DNA from: Acidobacteriota bacterium
Lineage (GTDB): Bacteria > Acidobacteriota > Thermoanaerobaculia > Multivoradales > UBA5704
Direction of reading: 5' to 3'
Length of the DNA: 54,403 nt
NCBI GenBank assembly: GCA_040005235.1
Contig: JBDTZG010000036.1
Coordinates: 1 to 54,403, forward strand
The position numbers and the translations under genes are program-made. The notes beneath the pieces were generated by a model that worked only from the letters and a program-made list of their open reading frames with translations, had not been told where the DNA came from and ran no database searches. Of this stretch, positions 18,194 to 28,797 are shown piece by piece (the first letter of the stretch is position 1; every line of letters starts with the position of its first letter).

Positions 18194-19684
18194 ATGCGCG
18201 GGCCTCGAAACCTCTCTCTCCCGGCCGCCCTGGCCGTACTCGTCTCTCTCTTTCTCGCCGGCTCCTGTCGAACGGTTCCCGCGCCGCCGCTCGGCGCTCC
18301 CTCAATCACCGGCTCCGGCCGCGTCGTTCTGATCTCTTTGGACGGCGCCTCCTCCGTCGAGCTCCGTCGCCTCTACCGGGCGGGAGAGCTCAAGGCCGGA
18401 GGATTCTCGCGCTTCTTCGAGGAGGGCCAGGTCGCTTCGTCGCTCTCGCCGGTCGATCCGACGCTTACCGCGGTCAACCACATCTCGCTCGCCACCGGAT
18501 TTCCTCCCGCCGCGACCGGGATCATCAGCAACAGCTTCCATCTCGCCGGTTCCCCCTGGGGCGAGAAGGTGAGCGGATTCTCCGCGCCGATCGCTACCGA
18601 GACGCTCTGGGAGGCGGTAAAGCGGCAGGGCCGGCGGGTGGGGGTGTGGACCTTCCCGGGGGCCGACGACACCGGTCCGCGGCGGCAAGGCGATTGGGGG
18701 ATCATCTACAGGGGAAATGCGTATCCGCCCGAAGTGGCGGCCGATCTCGAACGTCGTGGCCTGATCTGGCCCAATCCGCCGGATGGCGATGCGCTGGAGG
18801 CCACCTGGGAGGGCAAGCCGGGTATCGATCTGGCGACCTGGACCGACCAGGCGGTGCGCTTCGGCGATTTCTTCTACGACGGACTCGCTTACGCCGCGGG
18901 CCGACCGGATTGGGATCTGATCCTCGGTTACGTCCCGACGATCGATGAGGCGGGCCACGAGCTGCTGCTGGAGGAACCGCGCCAACCGGGGTTTTCTCCG
19001 GAGCGCCGCCTCGCCTTCGCCGCCGCCCGCCGACAAGTCTGGCAGGGGGCCGACCGCGGCCTCGCCCGGCTGCTCCAAGCGATCGACCTCGCGGCCACTA
19101 CGGTCCTGATCGTGAGCGATCACGGCATGACCCCGGTGTTCGCCCGGGTCGACCCCAATGCGCTGTTGCGCGATGCGGGTTACGCGAAGCTAGGGCAGGA
19201 CGGCCGCGTCGAGCCCGCGGCGTCCAAGGTCCTCGCGATCAGCAGCGGCGGCGTGAGCCAGATCTATCTGGCCCCCGGGGTTCCCCCGGACGAGCGGGCG
19301 AAGATCCTCGCCGATTTGTCTCAGCGCTTCGCCCGACTCAAAGTCCAAGGCCGGCGTGCGATCGACAAGGTCTTCGGCCACGACCAGCTCGGACAGCTCG
19401 GGCTGGACCACCCGAACAGCGGCGACCTCGTGCTGTTCGCCGGATCGGGAATCACCTTCGCCGAAAAGCCGATCCCGGGCGGAGCCATCAGCGCGCCGAC
19501 CGATGTCTACGGCATGCACGGCCATCTCTACCGGGGAGGGGCCGGCGACCGTCGCCTGGCCGGGATCTATCTGGCCCTTGGCCGGGGGGTGAGGAAACAA
19601 CCGCTCGGCGTGGTGAAGAACACCGACGTGGCGCCCCGGGCGGCGGCTTATCTGGGTATTGAGGCTCCGCGTCGGACGCCGTAA
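18194..19684 (+). CDS. Alkaline phosphatase superfamily nucleotide pyrophosphatase/phosphodiesterase lipoprotein
   Basis: Lipobox LAGSC; VVLISLDG, PTLTAVNH, DEAGH, VSDHGM and GMHGH motifs. Confidence 0.85.
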   Translation: MRGPRNLSLPAALAVLVSLFLAGSCRTVPAPPLGAPSITGSGRVVLISLDGASSVELRRLYRAGELKAGGFSRFFEEGQVASSLSPVDPTLTAVNHISLATGFPPAATGIISNSFHLAGSPWGEKVSGFSAPIATETLWEAVKRQGRRVGVWTFPGADDTGPRRQGDWGIIYRGNAYPPEVAADLERRGLIWPNPPDGDALEATWEGKPGIDLATWTDQAVRFGDFFYDGLAYAAGRPDWDLILGYVPTIDEAGHELLLEEPRQPGFSPERRLAFAAARRQVWQGADRGLARLLQAIDLAATTVLIVSDHGMTPVFARVDPNALLRDAGYAKLGQDGRVEPAASKVLAISSGGVSQIYLAPGVPPDERAKILADLSQRFARLKVQGRRAIDKVFGHDQLGQLGLDHPNSGDLVLFAGSGITFAEKPIPGGAISAPTDVYGMHGHLYRGGAGDRRLAGIYLALGRGVRKQPLGVVKNTDVAPRAAAYLGIEAPRRTP

Positions 19685-19785
19685 GCTCGAGATCGGAGCA
19701 GTAGGGCGGGTGCGCCGCTCGAACCGCTTGATCCTCTCAAGAATGTGGAGGAGAATAGCTATGATGCCGAAGGAGATCTAGCCCT

Positions 19786-20016
19786 ATGAAGACAGTACAG
19801 ATGACTCTCGACGAATCTTTGGTGCAGGAGGTTGATCACGCCGCTCAAACGCTGGGCACCACTCGTTCGGCCTTCACGCGGGACGCACTTCGCGAAGCGC
19901 TCGTCCACTTGCGGGAGAAGGATTTAGAGGCGAGGCACCGGGCGGGGTACGCGCGACACCCCATCCAGCAGGGGGAGTTCGATCTCTGGGAAGGTGAACA
20001 GGTCTGGGTCGACTGA
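19786..20016 (+). CDS. CopG/RHH antitoxin (MazE-like role)
   Basis: MKTVQMTLDESLVQEVD...TRSAFTRDALREAL ribbon-helix-helix; TGATG overlap with the toxin gene. Confidence 0.85.
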   Translation: MKTVQMTLDESLVQEVDHAAQTLGTTRSAFTRDALREALVHLREKDLEARHRAGYARHPIQQGEFDLWEGEQVWVD

Positions 20017-20330
20017 TGCAGCGCGGGGAAGTGAGATGGTTTCGGTTCGCAAGCCCGGATAAGACCCGTCCGGTGCTCATCCTGACTCGGGACTCGGTTC
20101 TCGATTACTTGGGTGAAGTGACGATAGCCCCGATCACGTCTACTGTGAGAGACATCCCCTCGGAAGTGATTCTTACCGATGAAGATGGAATGATTAAGAC
20201 CTGCGCCGTCAATCTGGACCACCTCCAGACTGTTGCCAAAGAACGCGTCGGAGGGATCCTCACGACTCTCTCCGAATTCCGAATGCGGGAAGTTCGAACC
20301 GCCCTGTTGTTTGCTCTCGGCTTCCGCTGA
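20016..20330 (+). CDS. mazF: PemK/MazF-family endoribonuclease toxin
   Basis: MQRGEV...DKTRPVLIL...VTIAPITST...VNLDHLQTV. Confidence 0.9.
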   Translation: MQRGEVRWFRFASPDKTRPVLILTRDSVLDYLGEVTIAPITSTVRDIPSEVILTDEDGMIKTCAVNLDHLQTVAKERVGGILTTLSEFRMREVRTALLFALGFR

Positions 20331-20373
20331 GGACCCCTCTCACCCCTCCCGATGCCGGCCGGGCGTGCTTGCC

Positions 20374-20796
20374 TTACCCCGCCCCTGGCGGGCGCCAGCC
20401 GATGACCTCATAGGGTCGAAGAAGCCGGTTTGGTACAGGGTCGTATCGCAGGGTTGCCTCCAAGCCGAGCCGAGCGGCGAGCCGAGCGAGAAGTTTGCGA
20501 CGGCCAAGCCCCAGCGCCAAGGCCTGACGATGAGCGAGCAAAATTAGACGGTTCGGGTCACCGTCACTTCCATCGGGCAAGGCGCCAAGTAATGAAAGCG
20601 CCAGCGGCACTACCTCTCTCAGGAGATTCAGGTCGTTCGGCGGAATGGTGTCTTTGCGAACTGCGATCACGACGGCGAAGAAGAAGACCGGGCTGAAGGC
20701 AAGCTGCTGAGCCCAATAGACCTCCGCTCGAGGTTCCGCAGCGCGGAGTTCCTCGAACATTTGGTTGAGGACTGGCTGCCAGTTCGAGGAACCCAC
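20374..20796 (-). CDS. Hypothetical protein (possibly a degenerate fragment)
   Basis: 140-aa ORF in lower-GC DNA between the TA pair and the abm operon; no recognisable motif or RBS. Confidence 0.3.
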   Translation of the reverse strand: MGSSNWQPVLNQMFEELRAAEPRAEVYWAQQLAFSPVFFFAVVIAVRKDTIPPNDLNLLREVVPLALSLLGALPDGSDGDPNRLILLAHRQALALGLGRRKLLARLAARLGLEATLRYDPVPNRLLRPYEVIGWRPPGAG

Positions 20797-20906
20797 CGAC
20801 TCACTCTTCCTAGATCTGCCTCAGTTTGAGTGCGTCCATTTAGAATCTCGGCCGTCCGATTGTAGTGGCGGCGGGCAGGGCCGGCAAGCAACGGGACCTG
20901 CCACCC

Positions 20907-23258
20907 TCAACCATCCCGATGCCGGGCCGGGCGCGCTTTTCGTTGCAACGCCAACCGGTCCGTCCGTGCTTTGGCCAGCTCGCGGAAGGCTTGATCTCTT
21001 CCGCTCAGGTATTGCGGCGGCCAGGTTCCCGTGCGGGCGCCGTACGAGGCTGCCGCTTGGTTGGCGAAGGTGGGATTCCAGAGGTGGGGTCGGGCGAGGG
21101 CGACCAGGTCGGCGCGGCGGGTGTGTAGGAGGGTGTTCACCTGGGCGGGTTCGGTGATCGCGCCTACGGCCATCGTCGCCATCTTCGAGACGTTCCTGAT
21201 CGCCTCGGCGAATTGGGCTTGGAACATTCGGCCGTAGATCGGTTTTTGCTCCGGCACGGTCTGGCCGGCGGAGACGTCGATCAGGTCACAGCCCGCGGCG
21301 CGGAACACCTCGGCGATCGCGAAGGTGTCGTCTTCGGTGATTCCGCCTTCCAGCCAGTCGGAGGCCGAAATGCGCACGGACATGGGCCGCTCTTCGGGCC
21401 AGGCGGCGCGCATGGCGCGGAACACTTCGAGCGGGAAGCGCAGGCGGTTTTCGATCGGTCCGCTGTATTCGTCGCCGCGCCGGTTGGTGAGCGGCGAGAG
21501 GAACGAGGCGAACAGATACCCATGCGCGCAGTGTAGCTCCAGGTGATCGAAACCCGCCCGGGCGCCGCGAACGGTGGCCGCCACGAACTGATCGCAGATC
21601 TCATCCATCCCCGCGCGGTCGAGCTCGATGGGGGTGGAGGAAACTTCCGGGTAGTAGGGGATCGGGGAGGCCGAGACGACGGGCCAGTTCGCATCGGGCT
21701 CCGCGATTGGCACGTCCGCCTCTTCCCAGCCGAGCTGGGTCGATCCCTTCCGCCCGGAATGGCCCAGCTGGAGCGCGATCTTGGCGGGCGAGTGGGCGTG
21801 AACGAACTCGACGATCCGGCGCCACTGCGATTCCTGCTCGTCGCTCCAGAGCCCCGCGCAGCCGAGGCTGATCCGCGCGTCGGGCGACGGGCAGGTCATC
21901 TCCGTGAACAGCAAGCCCATACCGCCTAGAGCGTGGGAGGAATAGTGAACGAAATGCCAGTCGGTGAGGTCGCCGTCGACCGCCGAATATTGCGCCATCG
22001 GCGACATGACCACCCGGTTCATCAGCTCCATACCGCGCAGGCGGAACTTCGTGAACATCGGCGTCGGGCGGGCCTTTCGAGCGTCGAAGCCCGTCTCCCG
22101 AAACGCGCGCTCGTACCACTCGGTGTCGACTTTTTCGACGAACGCGGAGTCGCGGAGGATCAGGTTGTCGTAGGTGACCGACTTGGCGCGGCACATCACG
22201 ACCGCCGCAAACTGCATCGGCTCCATGTCCCACGAGCGGTCCATGTGCTCGAACCATGCGAGCGAGACGTCCGCGTTGTGCTGGATCACCTCGCACGGCA
22301 CGCGCCGCGCCGCTTCGTACTCGGCGAAGGCGAGCGCCACATCGGTTCCTCCGTGGGCGACGACCGACTCGGACAGAGCGATCGCGCACTCCATCGCGAG
22401 CTTGGTCCCCGAGCCGACTGAATAGTGTGCGGAGGCTTTGGCGTCGCCCAAGAGGACGATCTTCCCGTGGCTCCAACGCTTGCACGAGACGCGCGGAAAG
22501 CGGCGCCATTGCGAGCGATTGAGCAGCAGGGGATGGCCGGCCAGCTCGTCCGAATACATTCGTTCGAGCACCGCGCGGCTCTGCTCTTCATCCATCGCAT
22601 CGAAGCCATGGCCGCGCCAGCAGGCCTCGTCCATCTCGAAGATCCAGGTCGAGTGGCTCTGTTCCGATCGCTCGTATTGATAGGTGTGGGCACAGATGAT
22701 GCCGTACTCCGTCTCGCGAAAGAAATAGTTGAATTCGCCCATCGGCCGGGTCGAGCCCATCCAGCAGAAGCGATTCGCTTTCCACTCCGTCAGCGGCTCG
22801 AACGCCTCGCGGAAGTGCTCCCGCACCGGGGAGTTGACGCCGTCGGCCGCGAGGATCAGATCCGAATCCGCGAAGCGGCTTTCGATCTCGGCAGGATCGA
22901 TGCGCTCGCTGAAATGAAGCGAGACGCCCACCTCTCGGCAACGTTCCTGAAGGATATTGAGCAGGCGCATCCGCGAGATCCCGGCAAAGCCGTTGCCGGC
23001 GCAGCGGATCTCGTTCCCCTTGTAGTGAATCGCCACGTCGTCCCAATAGGCGAACGCGTCGCGAATGCGGGCGAACGATTCCGGATCGCGTGAGAGAAAC
23101 TCGTCGAGTGTCTCGTCGGAAAACACGACGCCGAAGCCGAACGTGTCGTCCGCCTGGTTCTGTTCGTAGATCTCGATCGTCCAATCGGGGCGGGACTTGC
23201 TTGTCAGCAGCGCGAAATAGAGTCCGCCCGGACCCCCGCCGAGGACGGTGATTTTCAT
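20907..23258 (-). CDS. abmA: Bifunctional 2-aminobenzoyl-CoA (salicylyl-CoA) monooxygenase/reductase
   Basis: N-terminal FAD monooxygenase (GGGPGG, DTFGFGVVFSD, LLGDAKASAHYSVGSGTKLA) fused to an Old Yellow Enzyme domain (SPMAQYSA, QLGHSGRK, ELHCAHGYL, ENRLRFPLEV). Confidence 0.88.
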   Translation of the reverse strand: MKITVLGGGPGGLYFALLTSKSRPDWTIEIYEQNQADDTFGFGVVFSDETLDEFLSRDPESFARIRDAFAYWDDVAIHYKGNEIRCAGNGFAGISRMRLLNILQERCREVGVSLHFSERIDPAEIESRFADSDLILAADGVNSPVREHFREAFEPLTEWKANRFCWMGSTRPMGEFNYFFRETEYGIICAHTYQYERSEQSHSTWIFEMDEACWRGHGFDAMDEEQSRAVLERMYSDELAGHPLLLNRSQWRRFPRVSCKRWSHGKIVLLGDAKASAHYSVGSGTKLAMECAIALSESVVAHGGTDVALAFAEYEAARRVPCEVIQHNADVSLAWFEHMDRSWDMEPMQFAAVVMCRAKSVTYDNLILRDSAFVEKVDTEWYERAFRETGFDARKARPTPMFTKFRLRGMELMNRVVMSPMAQYSAVDGDLTDWHFVHYSSHALGGMGLLFTEMTCPSPDARISLGCAGLWSDEQESQWRRIVEFVHAHSPAKIALQLGHSGRKGSTQLGWEEADVPIAEPDANWPVVSASPIPYYPEVSSTPIELDRAGMDEICDQFVAATVRGARAGFDHLELHCAHGYLFASFLSPLTNRRGDEYSGPIENRLRFPLEVFRAMRAAWPEERPMSVRISASDWLEGGITEDDTFAIAEVFRAAGCDLIDVSAGQTVPEQKPIYGRMFQAQFAEAIRNVSKMATMAVGAITEPAQVNTLLHTRRADLVALARPHLWNPTFANQAAASYGARTGTWPPQYLSGRDQAFRELAKARTDRLALQRKARPARHRDG

Positions 23259-23662
23259 TCCCGCTCCTCGGTCACCACCGCCGTCCCTTCGATCTCCAGC
23301 CGCGCCGCGGGCTCGACCAAGCGGACGATCTGCATCACGGCCATCGCCGGAAAATGCCGGCCAAGAATCTCACGGTAAATCGGGCCGAGTGCCTTCCGAT
23401 TCTCCAAATACTCGTCCATGTCCACGACGTACCAGTTCAATCGCATCAGATGCCGCGGCTCGGCGCCCCCCGCAACGAGCACGGCGTGCAGATTCAGCAG
23501 CGCCTGACGCGCCTGGCCGAGAAAGCCGTCCGCAAACACCTCCCGCTCGTCCCAGCCGATCAGGCCTCCGGTCACTACGATCCGGCCGCTCGCGGCCATG
23601 CCGTTCGCGTAGCCTTTGGGAGGGGGCCAACCGGGGGGAAGCAGCGCTCGCGGGCCGCTCAT
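23255..23662 (-). CDS. RidA/YjgF family protein
   Basis: Start at 23662: [21 protein letters not shown]...HFPAMAVMQIVRLVEPAARLEIEGTAV. Confidence 0.88.
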   Translation of the reverse strand: MSGPRALLPPGWPPPKGYANGMAASGRIVVTGGLIGWDEREVFADGFLGQARQALLNLHAVLVAGGAEPRHLMRLNWYVVDMDEYLENRKALGPIYREILGRHFPAMAVMQIVRLVEPAARLEIEGTAVVTEERE

Positions 23663-25320
23663 GCGGGATTCCCTTCGGTCCGCGCAATCTCGCGCAGGCG
23701 GAAGCGTTGGAGCTTGCCGGTGCCGGTGCGCGGCAGATTCGTAACGAACGCCACGGCGCGCGGGTATTTGTATGGGGCGATCTCCGCCTTCACGTGATCC
23801 TGGAGCGCCTTGGTCATCACGGAATCTCCCGCGTGGTCGGGGCGCAGCACCACGTACGCCTTCACCACCTGGCCGCGCTCCGGATCGGGGGCGCCCACCA
23901 CGCCGCACTCTGCCACCGCGGGATGGGTGAGCAAAGCGGCCTCCACCTCCGGCCCCGCGATGTTGTAGCCGGACGAAACGATCATGTCGTCGGTGCGCGC
24001 CTGATACCAGAAATATCCGTCCTCATCCATCGAGTACGAATCACCGGTGAAGTTCCAACCGTCGCGAACGTACGCCTTCTGCCGCCCGTCCGCCAAATAG
24101 CGACAGCCGGTCGGACCGCGCACCGCAAGGAGGCCGATCGTGCCGGGCGGAACCTCGCTTCCCGCTTCATCGACCACTTTCGCTTCGTACCCCGGCACCA
24201 CCCGGCCCGTGGCGCCGGGGCGGATCCCGCCTTGCGGCGAGGCGATGAAGATGTGCAGCATCTCGGTCGAGCCGATGCCGTCCATCAGCTCGATCCCGGT
24301 CGCCGCGTGCCAGGCGTCCCAGATCGGTTTCGGGAGCGTCTCTCCCGCCGAAACTCCGATGCGGAGCGAAGGGATGCCGTGCTCGGCAAGACGGGTCACC
24401 ATGACCCGATAGGCGGTAGGTGCGGTGAAGCAGATCGTTGCGTGATGCCGAGCGATGGCTGGCAGCAGCTCGTCGGGAGTCGCCCGTTCGAGCAGCACGG
24501 TCGCGGCGCCCGCCCGGAGCGGGAAGAGTAAAAGACCCCCAAGTCCGAACGTGAACGCGAGCGGCGGCGAGCCGATGAAGACGTCGTTCTCCGTCGCGCG
24601 AAGGACGTGCTTGCCATAGCTGTCGCAGGTCGCGAGGAGATCGCGGTGATTGTGGATCGTGCCTTTCGGCTCGCCCGAGGTGCCCGAGGTGAAGCCAACC
24701 AGGCAGGGATCTTCGGCCGCGGTGTCGCACGGCACGAACGCCTCGCCCGAAACTTCCGCCATCAGCCGCTCCAGCTCGCCCTCCGATTCTGCCGGGCCAT
24801 GGCCGAACGAGACGATCCGTTCGAGCAAGGGAGCCGCCTCGCGGGCCTTCTCCAATTCGGCGAGCAGCCGGCCGTCGGAGAGGGCGAGTGCGATCCGCGC
24901 CTTTCCGATCAAGATCGCAAGTTCCTTCGCTCGCAGCAGCGGCATGGTCGCGACGACCACTCCGCCCGCCTTCCACACCGCGAGGTGCGCCGCGGCGAGC
25001 GTGGGAGTATTCGGTGCGCGGAGCAGCACGCGCCCGCCGGGGATCAATCCGAGCCGCTCGACCAACACCTGCGCGATGCGGTCGACGCGCGATTGCAGAT
25101 CGCGGTAGCTCCACCGCTCGAACGGCGAGATCAGGCAAAGCCGCTCGCCGCGTCCCGCTTCGACGTGAGAATCGACGAAAGCGGTCGTCGCGTTCAGCCG
25201 GTCGGGATATTGGAGGTCGGGAAGGGTGAATAGAAAATCCGGCTGCTCCGCGAGCGCCGGAAGATGGTCGCGAACGAACGTGTCGAGATGCGCTGTGCGA
25301 GCCTGCACAGGAGGAGTCAT
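23659..25320 (-). CDS. abmG: 2-aminobenzoate-CoA ligase (benzoate-CoA ligase family)
   Basis: [42 protein letters not shown] and TGKLQR motifs; consistent operon context. Confidence 0.85.
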   Translation of the reverse strand: MTPPVQARTAHLDTFVRDHLPALAEQPDFLFTLPDLQYPDRLNATTAFVDSHVEAGRGERLCLISPFERWSYRDLQSRVDRIAQVLVERLGLIPGGRVLLRAPNTPTLAAAHLAVWKAGGVVVATMPLLRAKELAILIGKARIALALSDGRLLAELEKAREAAPLLERIVSFGHGPAESEGELERLMAEVSGEAFVPCDTAAEDPCLVGFTSGTSGEPKGTIHNHRDLLATCDSYGKHVLRATENDVFIGSPPLAFTFGLGGLLLFPLRAGAATVLLERATPDELLPAIARHHATICFTAPTAYRVMVTRLAEHGIPSLRIGVSAGETLPKPIWDAWHAATGIELMDGIGSTEMLHIFIASPQGGIRPGATGRVVPGYEAKVVDEAGSEVPPGTIGLLAVRGPTGCRYLADGRQKAYVRDGWNFTGDSYSMDEDGYFWYQARTDDMIVSSGYNIAGPEVEAALLTHPAVAECGVVGAPDPERGQVVKAYVVLRPDHAGDSVMTKALQDHVKAEIAPYKYPRAVAFVTNLPRTGTGKLQRFRLREIARTEGNPA

Positions 25321-26489
25321 GAGCGGGCCTTAAGCGTCTCGCGGGCGATCACGACTTTCTGCACCTCGGTCGCCCCCTCGTAGATGCGCAGTGCGCGGAT
25401 CTCGCGGTAGAGCTGTTCGACCTTCGTCCCCTTCTTGACGCCCAAACCGCCGAAGATCTGCACCGCGCGATCGATCACCCGCTGTGCCGCTTCGGTGGAA
25501 AACATTTTTGCCATCGCCGCTTCGCGCGTTACCCTGGCCGCCCCTTGATCCTTGGTCCAAGCCGCGCGGTAAACCAAGAGCGCAGCGGCGTCCACTTCGG
25601 TCGCCATGTCGGCCAGTGCGGCTTGCGTAAGCTGTAGCTCGGCGAGCGGCGCGCCGAACAGCTGGCGGGTGGAGGACCGGTCGAGCGCTTCGTCCAACGC
25701 GCGCCGCGCCAGACCGAGGGCGGCGGCGCCCACTGTGGAGCGGAAGACGTCGAGCGTCGTCATCGCCACTTTGAATCCCTCGCCCGGATTGCCGAGACGG
25801 TTCGCGATCGGAACGCGGCAGCCGTCGAACTTAAGAGTCGCAAGCGGATGCGGCGCGATCACCTCGATCCGTTCGGTGATTTCCAATCCGGGCGTGTCCG
25901 CGTCGACCAGAAACGCGGAGACCCCTTTGGCTCCGGGCACCTCGCCGGTTCGTGCGAAGACGACGTAGAAGTCGGCGATCCCGCCGTTGCTGATCCAGGT
26001 TTTCGTGCCGTCCAGCCGCACGTGCGCCGAGCCGTCGGCCGAGGCGGTGGTCGAAATCGCTGCGGCATCCGATCCGGCATCCGGTTCGGAGAGAGCGAAC
26101 GCCGCGATCGCCTTTCCGGCCGCAACCCGCGGCAGGTAGCGGCTCTTGATCTCGTCCGATCCGAACAGCGCGATCGGTCCGCTGCCCAGTCCCTGCATCG
26201 CGAAAGCGAAATCGGCAAGCCCGTCGCGCCAGGCGAGCGTCTCGCGCGCCAGGCAGAGGGAGCGAACGTCGTACCCCTGGTCCCCCGGAACCGCCGCGCG
26301 CAGCCAGCCCGCGTCACCCAAGGCGCTCACCAGGCGGCAGCAGGAGCCATCGACGTCCGTGTGATCGACGAGCGCGGGCAACTCGGCGTCCGCCCAGGCG
26401 GAAAGATCGTCCGCCCAGGCGCGGTGCTCCGGCCCGAAGAAGGGCCAGTCGAGAAACGAACGATCGGAGCGGCTTGAAGGGACGGCCAC
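25317..26489 (-). CDS. Acyl-CoA dehydrogenase
   Basis: [30 protein letters not shown] and IYEGATEVQ motifs. Confidence 0.92.
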   Translation of the reverse strand: MAVPSSRSDRSFLDWPFFGPEHRAWADDLSAWADAELPALVDHTDVDGSCCRLVSALGDAGWLRAAVPGDQGYDVRSLCLARETLAWRDGLADFAFAMQGLGSGPIALFGSDEIKSRYLPRVAAGKAIAAFALSEPDAGSDAAAISTTASADGSAHVRLDGTKTWISNGGIADFYVVFARTGEVPGAKGVSAFLVDADTPGLEITERIEVIAPHPLATLKFDGCRVPIANRLGNPGEGFKVAMTTLDVFRSTVGAAALGLARRALDEALDRSSTRQLFGAPLAELQLTQAALADMATEVDAAALLVYRAAWTKDQGAARVTREAAMAKMFSTEAAQRVIDRAVQIFGGLGVKKGTKVEQLYREIRALRIYEGATEVQKVVIARETLKARS

Positions 26490-26492
26490 GCG

Positions 26493-27341
26493 TCAGTTCC
26501 CCTCGAACACCGGCTTTTGCTTCGCCGCAAACGCCCGGAACGCGCGGGCGAAATCTTTGGTGGTCATGCAGAGCGCTTGGGCCACCGCCTCGGATTCGAT
26601 CGAGTCTTCGACCGACATCGCCCACTCGACCTGCAACATTCGCTTGGTCATCGCGTGGGCGAAGCTCGGCCCCTGGGCGATCTCGTGGGCTAGGCTTTGA
26701 GCCGCCGCGAGGAGATCGTCCGGCTCGACCAAACGGTTGAAGAACCCCCAACGCTCCCCCTCTTCGCCCGGGAGCGCCCGGCCGGTATACAGCAGCTCGG
26801 AAGCTCGCCCCTGGCCGATGATCCGCGGCAGCATCGCGCAGGCTCCCATGTCGCAACCGGCGAGTCCCACCTTGTTAAACAGAAACGCGACTTTCGCGCG
26901 AGCGGTGCCGAAGCGTAGGTCGGACGCCATGGCCAAGATCGCTCCGGCCCCCGCGCAGATGCCGTCGATCGCGGCGAGGATCGGCTGCGGGCAGGCGCGC
27001 ATCGATTTAACCAGCTCGCCGGTTTTCTTGGTGAATTCGAGCAGGCCGACCGTGTCCATCTCGACCAGCGGGCCGATGATGTCGTGAACGTCGCCCCCCG
27101 AGCAGAAGTTGCCGCCGGACCCCACGATCACGAACGCCCGGACACCGTTTGAATCTTTGACCGCGGCGCGAAACATCTCGGCAAGCTCGTCATAGCTGCC
27201 GAAGGTGAGGGGATTCTTCCGCTCCGGCCGATCGAGCGTGATCGTGGCGACGCGATCCGTAACCGCGAAGCGGAAGTGCTCCGCCTGATAACCGCTAAGC
27301 GGCAGGGTCACGCGATTGGCTTTGAGAGCGAGTGTGCTCAT
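26493..27341 (-). CDS. Enoyl-CoA hydratase family protein
   Basis: Start at 27341 (ATGA overlap); [24 protein letters not shown] and VGLAGCDMG motifs. Confidence 0.9.
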   Translation of the reverse strand: MSTLALKANRVTLPLSGYQAEHFRFAVTDRVATITLDRPERKNPLTFGSYDELAEMFRAAVKDSNGVRAFVIVGSGGNFCSGGDVHDIIGPLVEMDTVGLLEFTKKTGELVKSMRACPQPILAAIDGICAGAGAILAMASDLRFGTARAKVAFLFNKVGLAGCDMGACAMLPRIIGQGRASELLYTGRALPGEEGERWGFFNRLVEPDDLLAAAQSLAHEIAQGPSFAHAMTKRMLQVEWAMSVEDSIESEAVAQALCMTTKDFARAFRAFAAKQKPVFEGN

Positions 27342-27871
27342 GCGGCGGTCTCCCCTTCGAAGGCGCGGCGCGCCGAGGCTTTCCATTTGGCGAGCAGCTC
27401 CATCAACTGCTCGGATTCGTGAGTTGCGAGACCGCCGGTCATCTCGACGATCCAACGCTCGTGCGCGGCGGCCATCTTGCGAAACGCGGCTCGCCCCGCG
27501 GCGGTCAATCGAGCGACCTGCGCGCGGCCGTCGGTGGGCGACGTCCGCCGCTCGATCCAACCCGCCTCGACCAGCCGCTCGACCAACGCGGTCAGGTTGC
27601 CGTTGCTGACCATCATCCGCTTCGACAGCTCGGAAAGCGTCAGCCCCGCCGGCACTTTCGCGAGCTGGGCGAGCAGATCGAAACGCGGCAACGTCTCGCC
27701 GAACTCCGCCCGCAACCGGCGGCGGATCGTGGTCTCGACCAACGTCGAACAGGTGAACAATCGAAGCCAAAGCCGCAGCTCCGGATGATCCGCCGCAGGC
27801 GCCTGGTCGAGCCGGGTCTCGGCGTCCGGCCTCGCGATCGAATTGGAGATCGAACTGGCGATCAAACTCAT
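27338..27871 (-). CDS. MarR-family transcriptional regulator
   Basis: LRLWLRL...[11 protein letters not shown]...[15 protein letters not shown]...DGR winged HTH; start at 27871. Confidence 0.9.
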   Translation of the reverse strand: MSLIASSISNSIARPDAETRLDQAPAADHPELRLWLRLFTCSTLVETTIRRRLRAEFGETLPRFDLLAQLAKVPAGLTLSELSKRMMVSNGNLTALVERLVEAGWIERRTSPTDGRAQVARLTAAGRAAFRKMAAAHERWIVEMTGGLATHESEQLMELLAKWKASARRAFEGETAA

Positions 27872-28659
27872 CGTCCCGCGGTCTCCCCGCCGTCGATCGC
27901 GATCGCCTGACCGGTCACCGATGCCGCCGCTTGGCCGCACAGCCAGACTACCGCAGCGGCGACCTCCTCGGGCTTCACCAACCGCCCGAGCGGGTTGTCG
28001 GCCAGAATCTCGCCGAGCAGCTCGTCGTACGGCCGGCCGGTTTTATTCATCGTCTTCTGCAAGCTGCCGCGCACCATGTCGGTCTCGGTATACCCGGGGC
28101 AGACGGCGTTCACCGTCACCCCGGTCTTCGCGGTTTCGAGGGCGAGCGTTCGGGTCAGGCCCAACAGACCATGCTTCGCCACCGCATACGCCGCGATGTA
28201 GCGCGCGCCTTTGAGCGACGCGGTCGAGCCGACGTTCACGATCCGCCCGAACCCCGCGGCGAGCATTCCCGGCAGCACGAATTTCGAGGTATGAACCGCG
28301 GCGACCACATGAACCTCGAACATCCGCTGAAACACCGAGACATCGGTTTTTAAGAAAGGCGCGGTCGAAGCCGATCCGGCATTGTTGACCAGGATCTCGA
28401 TCGGCCCCCTGGCCTCAACGGCCGCGGAGAGCGAGGAAAGCAGCCCCGGAGGGTCGGTCACATCCGCGGAGACGAAGCCCTCGCCGGAGCCCGCCTCCAC
28501 CTCCAACCGAAGGGCCGCCTCGTCCCGCCCGAGCAGGGTAACTCGCGCCCCCTCCGCCGCCAGAGCCTTGGCGATCGCCGCCCCAATGCCCCGCGAAGAG
28601 CCGGTCACCAAGGCATGCCGCCCGACGAACGAACGTGGGGAAGATTCTGCGGTAGCCAT
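27868..28659 (-). CDS. SDR oxidoreductase (3-hydroxyacyl-CoA dehydrogenase-like)
   Basis: [17 protein letters not shown] and VCPG motifs. Confidence 0.92.
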   Translation of the reverse strand: MATAESSPRSFVGRHALVTGSSRGIGAAIAKALAAEGARVTLLGRDEAALRLEVEAGSGEGFVSADVTDPPGLLSSLSAAVEARGPIEILVNNAGSASTAPFLKTDVSVFQRMFEVHVVAAVHTSKFVLPGMLAAGFGRIVNVGSTASLKGARYIAAYAVAKHGLLGLTRTLALETAKTGVTVNAVCPGYTETDMVRGSLQKTMNKTGRPYDELLGEILADNPLGRLVKPEEVAAAVVWLCGQAAASVTGQAIAIDGGETAGR

Positions 28660-28690
28660 GGCTTCAGCCGCCTTTCCGGTTGTCGAGACG

Positions 28691-28724
28691 TTTGAAGCTT
28701 AAAGGATCGTGGGGAGGTGGGCAA
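28691..28724 (-). promoter_or_regulatory. Candidate sigma70 promoter of the abm operon, with an imperfect palindrome (possible MarR operator) over the -10
   Basis: Minus strand TTGCCC-17nt-TAAGCT; AT-rich imperfect inverted repeat TTTGAAGCTTAAA at 28691-28703. Confidence 0.45.
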
Positions 28725-28797
28725 GGCAAGGCCGGACATGGCAGCGCGACAGGTATGCTAAAGTAGCTATGGTTAGAGAGGAGCAAGGAGGTAACCG

